This document shows, piece after piece, positions 1-10,226 of a stretch of 64,000 nucleotides of DNA. This stretch comes from Phoronis australis (Eukaryota; Animalia; Phoronida). Position 1 is the first letter of the stretch. The number at the start of each line of letters is the position of its first letter. Under the pieces are notes generated by a model. The model ran no database searches. It was not told the DNA's origin and saw only the letters and a program-made list of their open reading frames with translations. Position numbers and translations under genes: made by a program. The stretch is taken from positions 322,629 to 386,628 of the forward strand of contig NMRA01000112.1 of the NCBI GenBank assembly GCA_002633005.1, in the 5' to 3' direction.

Positions 1-1738
1 TACGTGTTCAGTGTGGTTACCCACATCCAAATGCCGACCTAGTTCTGCGTCTGTAGCAAAAAATTTCGAGTAACCTTGCTGGGTACAAGGGAACTTCTGT
101 TGAGGCTCTTCACTAGATACAATGCCAACCTTAAGTCTTGGTGTTGAAAATCCGCCATGTCTAGAGATGTTAGTGTAATTTAGAGAAATAGGTTTCCCAT
201 TTTCTCAGTATTTGTAAGAACTTACCGTCATCTACGTGGAATGATTTCCACACGCGAATTCCTTGAGTGGAATAGTGGGACTTTGGGAATGTCCTTATTC
301 CAGGAACTGAGTATTTTGGAAAAGACTTTGTTGCATTGACTGAACATGCATACACATAACATTCCTTTACACGGTCACTGGAAAGTAGTGCTTCTTTCAA
401 ATCCAGAAATTTTATGATATCATTACTTTCGGCTACAAAGTACTTTGCATGTTGTTTGATTGGAGCGATCTTGCGATCACAGAGATCCTTTCCATTCTGA
501 CTTTCACTAATGTCATATCTCGAAACAGAAATGCCGGTAGAATTTGACAAGGCTGCTACGTTCAGGAGGAGAGGAGCAGAGTGGTAACATCCAGCATTAC
601 CTGACTCTTTCATGTCTGGTCCTGTTCAGTCAGAAATTCACCGACTCTGGGTAGTACGAGTCCGTACTCTGGCACAGGCCTTGCTTTGTGAATTAGTTTC
701 TTGTATCTCAAATGTTCAGTTCGACATAACTCACTAAAGCACAAAGCTTTTGTGATTTTTTGAAGAATGAACTCTAAAGGAACATGAAGGCCCATCGACA
801 TCGTCCGCCATTTTGTCTTTTTAAAATGCACTTGCTTCTCTCAAAACCAGTCATTACAAATATCAATTCTTACTCGTTTAATCTTAAAGGCATTTATTTC
901 CATTCAAAAGTTCTACACAGTGTTTAAATTAACCTGATTATGTAAGAGAAATGAAAGAATACGAGAGGGTTACACGTATATTTTTTATGAATCCTCAAGC
1001 TTTAAACCTCAACTGACTCCCTCAGTGGGCAAAGGTCATCGGGTTCAGTTTTGATACTAGCCGCGTAATAAACCCGGAAAACATCTTGTTTTCATTTGAA
1101 AGACTTTAGACTTGGTTTCTATAACTATTTAAAGCAGACTTCTTGCCTAAAAGTTTGTTCAAATGGTCTGTAAACTCTGCTCGTCATTTCAAAACTATGA
1201 AAATATACAGTTTTGCAAGGCAATTTTCACTAAAGAGCAAAGTTGAGGCAAGATTTTTTTATTGCTCAGTCATCAAGACTAACTCTTTAAATGTATGTTC
1301 AAAACGTCACATAAGGCTACAAGGTGTTTTATGGCAGTAAAAAGGTCACAAAAATGGCCACTAAAATTAGCCCCAAAAAGTGGTCTATGGATTATCTCCC
1401 CTGTCTAGCACAAAACTGTTAGATTTTAATAAATGGCACAGATTTATGCACAGTATACGTTGGTTATTTCAGCCACCAAAATATAGCTTTTGATCTATTT
1501 TGTATGTTACTCATTTTTGTTGCTGAAAACATGCAATTTTTGAGACGGCTAATATGCCCAATTGTGCCAATTTGTGTTATCATGCTCCAGCGGCGAAATT
1601 AGGGGTCATTGAGTGCACAAAATTTGGCATTTGGGTTTTTGTTAGGATACCTACCCATGTACAAAAAATGAAGTTGTTTTAAATTTTGACGTATAGACTG
1701 ATTTTTGAAAATCTACTGCTTTTTATATGGACTGTCTC
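1..1738 (-). mobile_element. Decayed DNA transposon, probably Sola3-like (one terminus plus transposase fragment; runs off the window)
   Basis: Minus ORF 170-613 has SGNAGCYH...RYDISESQNGKDLCDRKIAP (DDD-transposase-like motifs). It is followed at 1-110 by a degenerate C2H2-like segment FPCTQQGYSKFFATDAELGRHLDVGNH. The element ends ...GGACTGTCTC (1738) directly before TTAA (1739-1742), matching GAG termini and a TTAA target as known for Sola3. Confidence 0.6.
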
Positions 1739-2889
1739 TTAAAAACTCTCGATTTCGTCACATCAACTTGGCTCATAAGTTTCGTGAAACCATATTTGTG
1801 CACATCTGGGTATGAGTCACACCACCAGCAAAAATTTTTATTGGAACATCTGCTTACACACACCTTTTTAGCATACGAAAAAGTGTTGTGTGTATACAGG
1901 GGTGTAGACAACTACCAAATAGTCAAGAGCATAAGGAGCACCGACGGGGCGTAAAAACTTGAATATCAGATGATCGCAAAAGCCTCAAGCTGTTTAAGAA
2001 TGAAGACCTGTACTATTATTCCGGAAATAAACACGTGTTCTGTCTCGTTACGAGAAAAACTGGCAAATGATGGTGCTCTCAGCTCATACTCTATTAAAAG
2101 CGACAATAAACAATTAAGTATCACTTTATTAAGCTAAATCACGTTGACAACAATTGAAAAAACGTCAAATGTATCAGGAAACAATTCATCTGAAAACAGT
2201 TTCACGAAACCAAAACACTCTGTAGGCCTACACCGCGGTGAAAAGAGGCAGGAGCAGTTTGCAGAGGGACCAGATGTACACTGAGAGTACACAAAAACTC
2301 TGGCCTGGTCCGTCACGAGACCAAAAGTACAGCTGTGCTTATTATCCCTATATAAATAGTCGATCTGTCGCGGGACCAAACAGTACTGGCTGAGATAAAT
2401 AGTTTTACAAAGCACACTTTGGTAAAAAAACATCACAAGACTAGTTCGCCGAGGGACCAGAAGTACGCTGAAACTCGATATCTACACAAATCAAGCTGGC
2501 CTGGTCTGTCGTGAGACCTAAAGCGTACTTTGCAAAAAATTTTGAATTGAAAACTTCTCTCTAGACACTTTTTAATCCCCAGTGGTTGCTCATACGTGTA
2601 GTTTACACATCTGGTGGTCTAGGAAGGGTTTTCGCACCGTTCTGTAGTACTCACTAGAAGAAACAAGTATTGAGTACAGATTAAACTACGCACTACGTGA
2701 AATAAGATTTTGGATATGAAGCAGATAGACTCAAGTGAAAATACAAACCAGAATCAGTTTCTGTGCGCTCGTAGACCCTCTGCTGTATTGGGTAAATTTG
2801 GCATGTCCAAAAATAATTTCTATTTCGTTTTCATTGTAAACAAGCATAAAAAACCGACATTATTACAAACTGTGTATAATTATAACTTA

Positions 2890-3240
2890 TTACCTGGGTG
2901 TTTCTCCAGGAACTTTTATCCTATCTTTCTGTTGTCTAGACTGCCGAGGAATCTGTACATCGGATCCAATGGTTTGCTGCTCTTGCAACCATTCTACCCA
3001 GACATCTTCGACGTTTGTTCCCAACGCTTGCACTTCGTCAACTGCTGTGTCAATGAGCTTGTACGCCTCTACAATGTCAGCATCTCGTTTCGCAACTCAG
3101 TTGGCACTAAGCCCCCTGAGGTTACCAAGTCCATTCAAAAGACTTACAGCATGCGCAACTAAATTTGACCCGTTCATCATGGACTACTTCAAACCTTGAC
3201 GATGTATCCCAGGACCCATTTGCATCTCGTGCAAATTTTC
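2890..3240 (-). pseudogene. hAT transposase fragment (THAP12/P52rIPK-like clade), frameshifted
   Basis: Minus translation ...LRGLSAN*VAKRDADIVEAYKLIDTAVDEVQALGTNVEDVWVEWLQEQQTIGSDVQIPRQSRQQKDRIKVPGETPR matches the hAT C-terminal pattern LS.KLQ...DI..AY..I...PR...RQ..R.NVP..TP. Confidence 0.7.
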
Positions 3241-4166
3241 GAAATAAACGTCCCAATGTCTGAACGCTTGAAACCCGAAGTACTAACATCAAATAAATGC
3301 CCATGAGCATGGGCGTTTCGTCTGGTGGGCCTTTCTGCGGAAATTCCCAGTATAGAAAACGGCAGTGGTGCTTATTGCAGGTAGAAAGACGGTAGGTGTT
3401 GAGGTCCGCACTAGGGCTCCTTAGGAGGCCCATTGAACATCGCACGAGTCCCGCAAGACTTTGTTGTGAAAATACAGCCACCTCGCAATATATGGTACTG
3501 TACACTGTTCGCAAATACTTTCACTTTGTCAATGTGAGTGCCCCCTTGGTCATTCCTTGTATAGACAAAACTTGTTAGAGTGCATCTTCAAACAGACTCG
3601 CGACCAGACCACGGCGCCCGCCACAATAGCAATTCTTCGGAAAACAAGTTTTTTTCAAAAGTATTACATGTACATGCACACTGTATGATATTGCGCAAGA
3701 CAACTTTACTATACACCAATCAAATTCGAATTACAAACGTGTGGAGTGTAATACGATGACACGGCATGACAGACGAGATAAAGACGTTGCACGTGAATTC
3801 GCCTGAATATCAGGGTTGGGGCACCACAGTATTTCCCTAATCAAATCAAAACATATCTTAGAGTAAAGAAGCTAGTTACCCAAAGAAATCAGCTATAGAG
3901 CTGCTCTTTCAGCGGTGGATCCATCTAAAATGCTTGGCTACTTGAGAAGTGTCGTCGGAAGCGCGCGCACAATTGATCTCCGGGTTTTGCCGATGAGCCA
4001 TGAAGACTCGAAATGCGTTGATTTTCATAACAGCAATTCACAATGCAAAAAATATGTTTTCACAGTGAACCCCCCCTCATTTTTTTCCAGGTTGGTTTAC
4101 TTGGGTTTTACACACGCTGGCGGTGCCGGCGTTTTTGTTTTGTTGGAGACGTTTTTGTTTTTTTTT

Positions 4167-4566
4167 NNNNNNNNNNNNNNNNNNNNNNNNNNNNNNNNNN
4201 NNNNNNNNNNNNNNNNNNNNNNNNNNNNNNNNNNNNNNNNNNNNNNNNNNNNNNNNNNNNNNNNNNNNNNNNNNNNNNNNNNNNNNNNNNNNNNNNNNNN
4301 NNNNNNNNNNNNNNNNNNNNNNNNNNNNNNNNNNNNNNNNNNNNNNNNNNNNNNNNNNNNNNNNNNNNNNNNNNNNNNNNNNNNNNNNNNNNNNNNNNNN
4401 NNNNNNNNNNNNNNNNNNNNNNNNNNNNNNNNNNNNNNNNNNNNNNNNNNNNNNNNNNNNNNNNNNNNNNNNNNNNNNNNNNNNNNNNNNNNNNNNNNNN
4501 NNNNNNNNNNNNNNNNNNNNNNNNNNNNNNNNNNNNNNNNNNNNNNNNNNNNNNNNNNNNNNNNNN
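4167..4566. other. Assembly gap (400 N)
   Basis: Run of n in the sequence. Confidence 1.
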
Positions 4567-4610
4567 CCTGGAATTTGCAGGTCGCCGACTTAACCACTAC
4601 ACCACGCAGC
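4567..4610 (-). mobile_element. 5' head of a tRNA-derived SINE (or tRNA pseudogene), truncated by the gap
   Basis: Reverse complement GCTGCGTGGTGTAGTGGTTAAGTCGGCGACCTGCAAATTCCAGG contains a Pol III A-box-like TGGTGTAGTGG at a tRNA-like position. The B-box would fall in the gap. Confidence 0.45.
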
Positions 4611-5022
4611 GACTGACGTCAACAAGAGTGAAAATAGAATACTTAAATGAGCACGCGCAATAATCGCACGTTCAACAAACCGCATTGTACTGTACTTATA
4701 CGCTACGAAAAATAAGACACATAATTTCCATAAAAATGATATCTTAATTCGGTGAAATTTTTCTCCCATGTCCTCTTACTTGTAAATCACCGATCTCTAC
4801 TTTGAATGCGGGTATCGTGTCGTCAGGATCTTTGACTTGAGAATTATATTCAGTTACCAGTGGTAACCTACTTTAGCAGACGATAATTTCCCGGTCGAAG
4901 CTTAGCGTGAAAAAAACATGTTTTAAGCTATAATAGTTGGTAAACCTTAATTTATAAATTCAATTTATTTCTATAATATTTAAGTTTTCAATTGGTGTTG
5001 AGTAAAAGCATTATTTGTTCTC

Positions 5023-5147
5023 AGCCGTTATCCCCCTTATCTAGAGCCCTCGTGGATTTTGGAGAATTGTCACCCTCGGGGCTAACGCCCCTCGGGCGAT
5101 AATTCACCAAAATCCACTCGGGCTCTAGATAACGGGGGATAACGACT
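5023..5147. repeat. About 125-bp imperfect palindrome (hairpin), probably the end of a non-autonomous element
   Basis: Arms AGCCGTTATCCCCCTTATCTAGAGCCC...GGGGC and GCCCC...GGGCTCTAGATAACGGGGGATAACGACT flank a TAAC loop. Confidence 0.85.
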
Positions 5148-5639
5148 TCGCCATGTAATAATCTATATTTATTGTGATATTTAAAATGAGGGTTTAGAAA
5201 ATTATACTGAAGGTAACAGCTTTTGGTTTCGTAAATTCGCGAACTGATGATGACCACGACAGTGGATTGAGATATCTCCTCAAGTCTGCCCTTCAATACT
5301 GTCGCAATGACTTGTCCAAGAACACGTCAGAACCCTCGCAGTCGATGAAAAGTCGAGGTTATAGTCTCTTCCATGCATCGAGAGGTCTAGCGGTAGCAAT
5401 GGATGCTGTATAATTAATTCAGTTATGCCAGTTACGGTCGAAAAACCGTTTTAATATAGGGTGTGCCAAAATGATATCATTGTTCTGTAAATCGTCGTGA
5501 CCTCAAATTCCATTCATGTGGACCATGCTCTTCGCCCGATTTTAATGTATTGCTACACTTTGCTGTGAAAGTAGTTGAGTGAACGGTCAGGTGCTTTATA
5601 TGCAAGGGAAAGGCAAACAAAGTGAATGGAGAACGTTAA

Positions 5640-5880
5640 TTTATTGAGTAATGTTATAGGGCCCTAAAAAACTTTATTAAGCGACTCGACTATTCATGTT
5701 TTCCCTGGGTTAATAAACAATGCATGCATATAGTTTTAAATACTGAATTCCTGTTTTAACCACCACTTCATGAATTTCAACCAACAGTCTTGATCCAAAG
5801 TCTTCAATCAAGCAGTGGCTGTCATTTGAAGTGTGAGAGCCTTTTTAGAAAACTCTGTATGTTGTATGTACCAATTTATT
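5640..5880 (-). terminator. Candidate polyadenylation signals of TRIM copy 1
   Basis: AATAAA on the minus strand at 5875-5880, 5673-5678 and 5640-5645, 120-360 nt downstream of the stop codon. Confidence 0.45.
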
Positions 5881-6002
5881 CAAGTACTTGTGACAACCAA
5901 CATAACGTGTCCATATCAAACAATTGCGCACACTCTTTCTAAAATAGTGGTTCACACCGTAAGGTTAGTACTGTAGTGTGCCTGTTACCGCCAGACATGT
6001 AA

Positions 6003-7736
6003 TCACAAATCTAAATATTTATATACCTTAACGTCCCCTCCTATTTCCAGAATGGACACCTCCCCAGGACCGCTCGCTGTTATCCCGCACACGTCATCTC
6101 TCTCCATTGTTCCGCTCTCAAACTGAACTTTTTTAAAGGTTTTCCCATTCTGTGACTTGACTACCATCACATTCTTTCTGGCACCAAGTGTATAATTATT
6201 ACTTTCATACATGACACTAATAAGATGTCCCCATTCGTCACAGCACATCGCCCGACTAAATCCCTCATGATTTCCAGCCAAACTAAATGTGCCCATTTTG
6301 TCACAGTCGTCGCTAACCTGTATTATTTCACTTCCATGTATACCAAATATTTGACCTGAGTTTGTGATCGCTACTTGGCTTTGTGGTGAATGCCCCCAAT
6401 AGTAGCACTGGTAACGCTGTGCCATTCTACTCTGCATCAGTTGTCTTCCATCCCAGTCAAGAACGACCACCTTCTCATCAGATGCAACAACGATCTTATT
6501 ATTGTCACACGCAATTCGAGCCCACTCACCAGTGTAGATGTCCTTCAAAACCTTTTTTACCGCTACAAACTTATCAAAGATGATGATTCCCTTAATTGCG
6601 TCTTCTATGATACAGATTTTACCTTCTTTATTGCTTGTGACGTCCAAAGGTGCGTTTAGTTTGAATGTTCGTTTTATTTCGCCATCCAACCAGAAAGAAC
6701 GAACGATACCATTATTCTTGTTTGTAATGAAATAAAAGTCATTTAAAAAAGTAATCCCGCCTTCGCCGTGATAGATTTTTTCATCAAATGCTTTAAAACG
6801 TCGGACTGGCTCAGCTTTTTCTAAAAACAATGGTGTGATTTGTGCTTGGCCTTTAAGGGACGAACGTACATGAACGCCGACTTTAAAACCAGCAACATCC
6901 TCGAATTTCGTTATTAATCTCGGAAAGGCCATGCGAGGGGCAATTTGTAGCCATTCATTGAACATAACTTGACCTTTAACTTTTGAGTAGTTACCGATTT
7001 TCTCCGCGTCGTGTCTAGCTTCTACAAACTGATTGGCAGCTTCAAGTCTTTTTTCAACCAATTCCAGGTTAGATGAAGCGTTTTGTAATTCAACGTTAAG
7101 CATGCTCATTGTTGCTTCACCTTCTTGACGAACTTTGGCTAAGATTTCGCTTTCTTTGGCGTCAGCCCTTTGACGAATGGCTTCAAAGTGACCTGTTATG
7201 GCAGCAGATGCAGATTTTAATTCCTTTCCAAAAGAGATTTTGGCGTTCTCAATCTCTTGTATACGAACTTTTCCCGTTGACAATTTCTTAGCCACAAATA
7301 TCGCATGTTCTCGTATGTCTGCGTCAATTATGTTAAAACCTTCGCTTGCACTCTCTAAATTATGTTTCTTGTGACCAGAAAGCATGCAAATAGCACAAAG
7401 AAATATCTTGCAGTCCACACAGAAAAGGTTTAACTCTTGTGAAAAATGTTTGCGGCAGAACGAGGTCTTTTCCCTAATACAATGATACTTTTCAACCAAA
7501 CTGTTGGCTAAGAAGTTGTCCTTCAGTCCCTCACTCCCTGATTCGGGAATTTCCGTAATCGCTTTACACACTGGGCAAAGAAAATCTCTTATTTCCTGAG
7601 TGGTGTTGATGACATCATTGATGCAGGTGGCGCAGAACGTGTGTTGGCATGGTAGAGTTTTTGGTTTGTTGAAAATAGATAGGCAGATGGGGCAGGTTAG
7701 ATCTTCGGCAATATTCATCGAGCCCGCTATGGACAT
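6003..7736 (-). CDS. TRIM-type E3 ubiquitin ligase, 577 aa (C3HC4 RING, B-box2, coiled coil, NHL-like beta-propeller); copy 1, single coding exon
   Basis: RING CPIC..CQHTFCATC..CPVC, linker LKDNFLANSLVE, B-box CRKH..LFCVDC..LCAIC..GHKKH, helical heptad region, then beta-rich repeats (GGITF, PLDVTSNKEGKICI, VAITNSGQIF, MCCDEWGHLI) ending VKVYKY. A splice acceptor TTTCAG lies immediately before the ATG. Confidence 0.93.
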   Translation of the reverse strand: MSIAGSMNIAEDLTCPICLSIFNKPKTLPCQHTFCATCINDVINTTQEIRDFLCPVCKAITEIPESGSEGLKDNFLANSLVEKYHCIREKTSFCRKHFSQELNLFCVDCKIFLCAICMLSGHKKHNLESASEGFNIIDADIREHAIFVAKKLSTGKVRIQEIENAKISFGKELKSASAAITGHFEAIRQRADAKESEILAKVRQEGEATMSMLNVELQNASSNLELVEKRLEAANQFVEARHDAEKIGNYSKVKGQVMFNEWLQIAPRMAFPRLITKFEDVAGFKVGVHVRSSLKGQAQITPLFLEKAEPVRRFKAFDEKIYHGEGGITFLNDFYFITNKNNGIVRSFWLDGEIKRTFKLNAPLDVTSNKEGKICIIEDAIKGIIIFDKFVAVKKVLKDIYTGEWARIACDNNKIVVASDEKVVVLDWDGRQLMQSRMAQRYQCYYWGHSPQSQVAITNSGQIFGIHGSEIIQVSDDCDKMGTFSLAGNHEGFSRAMCCDEWGHLISVMYESNNYTLGARKNVMVVKSQNGKTFKKVQFESGTMERDDVCGITASGPGEVSILEIGGDVKVYKYLDL

Positions 7737-9084
7737 CTGAAACGATATTTCAAAACTGAACTATGAGAAGTATTCAAAACAGTGCAAATGGCGAATTGAG
7801 GAGAATTTCAGATGAGGGCCCACAAATAATATTTCAGTCATTGCAAGTACATGGAAGTAGACAATGAGTGGTTCCATGGCGGTTGAAAAATCGATTTATT
7901 TTTTCATTTGAATTTTATATTTAACATCACCTTCCCACGTACATGTACCGCAGGTGGTGTAGACTACAGGCCTGGGAGATTCATTTAACAACATTATGAA
8001 TCTTATTTCGGCAGGGACAGATTATTCTACAGCAGGTTAATCTAGAAGCTGACGACCTGAAATAAACATGTGCCAAGAGGTCTCGCAAAACTCTTCCGAA
8101 TTCCTCTAGGGATTCTTGTCGCAGATTTTCCTTTTTAAATCCACTTTAATTGCAATCAGCCTGCATCTGCAAAAACTGAATTTCATGGAAACAGTCGAAG
8201 GTCCTTCAGGAGAACTGATGTCCTCAAAATGACTTAACTGCGACTCTCGACAATTCCTCAAGCTGTTCCCGCAAACTCTGAATGTTGCTGAAGGTTATGA
8301 CTGATAGACATCAACCACTGACAGTAACCTTTATTGTTATTTTCAACAGTTCCAGTCTCTTGAAATTTAGCCATCAAACATTCAATGGCTCTTGTATTAG
8401 TTGAATCATTCCTGGCAAAATATTGCCCCCACTGTCATTTTGTCAGAAGAGCGATTTGCTGGAAAGTAGACCGCCAAAACTTTTATCAGCTGTTGCTTAG
8501 TATACAGCTGTACATTTAAATATCCAATTTGGTTCATTGCGTTGTCAAAATAATTTTCCATGACTTGTTATCCACCACCAGAAAAAGCTACCCACTAAAT
8601 AAATTTCGCCCCTGACTTTGGGTTGCTGTTCCCAAGTGACTAGTGTCTTGCACAAGTTCCAGTTTGCCCCAACACCCGAGGCCCTCGCTTGCGGTTGCAG
8701 TGCATGATAACTAAGCTCTTGTGAGTTTCCTAACTTGCTGTATAAGGTTGCACATGAAAAACCATAAGGAAATCCCTCCAACAACAGGACTGCGGTGGGC
8801 GGACCCAAGACACTTGCGAAGTACTTATGGTGAGAAATCTTCACTTGCATATACATGTATGGATCGAAGGCGGTAAACTCGTGAAACACTCGCCTTGGCT
8901 CGCATGTTGCGTAGTCTTGTGTTTACGGCAAAAGAACGCACCTCAGATTAACACCAAGCATAAAACACTTTGGTTCTTATCTCGCATGAAGCATGACCTA
9001 ATATGCATCATATAAAAACCGCGACGTATTTTATGCTTACAAAATTAAGACTGTGCTCTCTACAGTTTTACAAGCCATTGCATG
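6369..9084. repeat. Segmental duplication unit A (paralogous to 32250-34944)
   Basis: Colinear high identity through the TRIM CDS and about 1.3 kb upstream. Both copies end at CAGTTTTACAAGCCATTGCATG. Confidence 0.93.
7950..8540 (-). mobile_element. Internally deleted Tc1/mariner (DUF4817-HTH type) remnant upstream of TRIM copy 1
   Basis: Homologous to 33840-34430, which translates as ..WKRYFATNNAPNTRVIGCLMAKFQETGDV (HTH ..KF.ETG.V). Later C-terminal-like ..KICDKNP..SVPAE..HNVV. Confidence 0.5.
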
Positions 9085-9090
9085 TCATCA

Positions 9091-10226
9091 TAGACAATAG
9101 TACATGGACCTCCAGCTCCATATATTTTCAATGGACGAAATCTGTGATCTTACGCATAAGCCGAGGCGTCATTATTCACTAGCATCACCCGGCAGATATG
9201 GCACGCATTACTTCCGGCAAGTACGCCGTCTGCTAATCATGGTCATTTCGTCGGGATTTGTATGGGCGATCCGTGTTTAAATAAACTGAACGCCCGTCAA
9301 ACGTTAACTTCTCAAATAAAGCCCATATTAATACTCCAGAAATAATCACCAGGCCTACTCAAAAACCATGCAATCTCGCACTTCAATAGCAGTTTACTTG
9401 ACGTTTCATTTTAAGCTCGAATACACGCCCGTGCCTCTCAAAATTTTTGGACTCTACTGTTGGAAGACCTTGGACAACGTTTCAAAGCAGATTCTTTTCT
9501 TTGTACTAGCCAGTTTAATAGATGGAAGAATTTCCCATCACAATACAGTAACCGGAAGAAGAGCTTGCTATGTTTAGAAGGTGGTGCCTCCTCTAGGATA
9601 TTTCGCAAGAAAATGTCGGAGTTGCGACTCTGTTCATGGACCGACAACTCCGTATATTTTCAATGGATGAAATCTGATATCACGCATAAGCCGTGACGGC
9701 GTTATTCACTAGCGACACCTGGCAGACATAGCAAGCTTTAGATGCGAATATGTTGTCTATAATCTGAGCTCGCCCCAAGCAAAGCCTATGACATCATCGA
9801 CGAATTTGGTTTTCATTGTATCTCCATAACACGAAACTTCGAAGTACGCCATGCAGATCTTGCAGCTAGCCGGTTAGTTGTATGAAGACTATCGTCAAAA
9901 TACAGGTAGGTACATGTACCACTGTGTCACAGGTGCTCGATTTTTCCGGCGACTAAACCATATATTTGAAACATAAATTTTCTTAGTAGTGAGTGACGTC
10001 TGCAGTGATTGAGGAACAGACAAACTCAAGCGCCTGTGCACTCTGTGTGTGAGCTCCGTTAGACCCAGAAATTTTACACAGCCTCGGAAGTTCTGTTCAT
10101 CACCCGGTCGTGCGACCATAGATTATAGTACATGGACCGCCAAGTCCATATACTTTCAATGGACGAAATCTGTGCCCTTACAAAAGCAATGACGTCATAT
10201 TCACTAGCGACATCTGGCCAAAATAT
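9091..10226. repeat. Three diverged copies of a ~110-bp unit about 500 bp apart (9091-9200, 9630-9731, 10118-10226)
   Basis: Shared core CATGGACC..CTCC.TATA.TTTCAATGGA.GAAATCTG..CGCATAAGCC..TATTCACTAGC. Confidence 0.8.
9863..10116 (-). mobile_element. Partial copy of the element at 57533-58251
   Basis: TAGTTGTATGAAGACTATCGTCAAAATACAG.. and ..GAAGTTCTGTTCATCACC match the reverse complement of 58130-58251. Confidence 0.65.

Noticed and set aside
1903-3623. Possible solo LTR (TG..CA)
   Set aside because: No matching TSD and no second copy in the window.
3915-4663. Four long ORFs of 156-233 aa
   Set aside because: They are artefacts of reading through the 400-N gap.
6383-7291. Plus-strand ORFs that recur at 32264-32871
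   Set aside because: They are antisense shadows of the TRIM CDS, and recur only because of the duplication.
9895-10119. ORF similar to the one at 58111-58395 (GDEQN..)
   Set aside because: Both lie in copies of the same non-autonomous element; the similarity is at DNA level and limited to the repeat.
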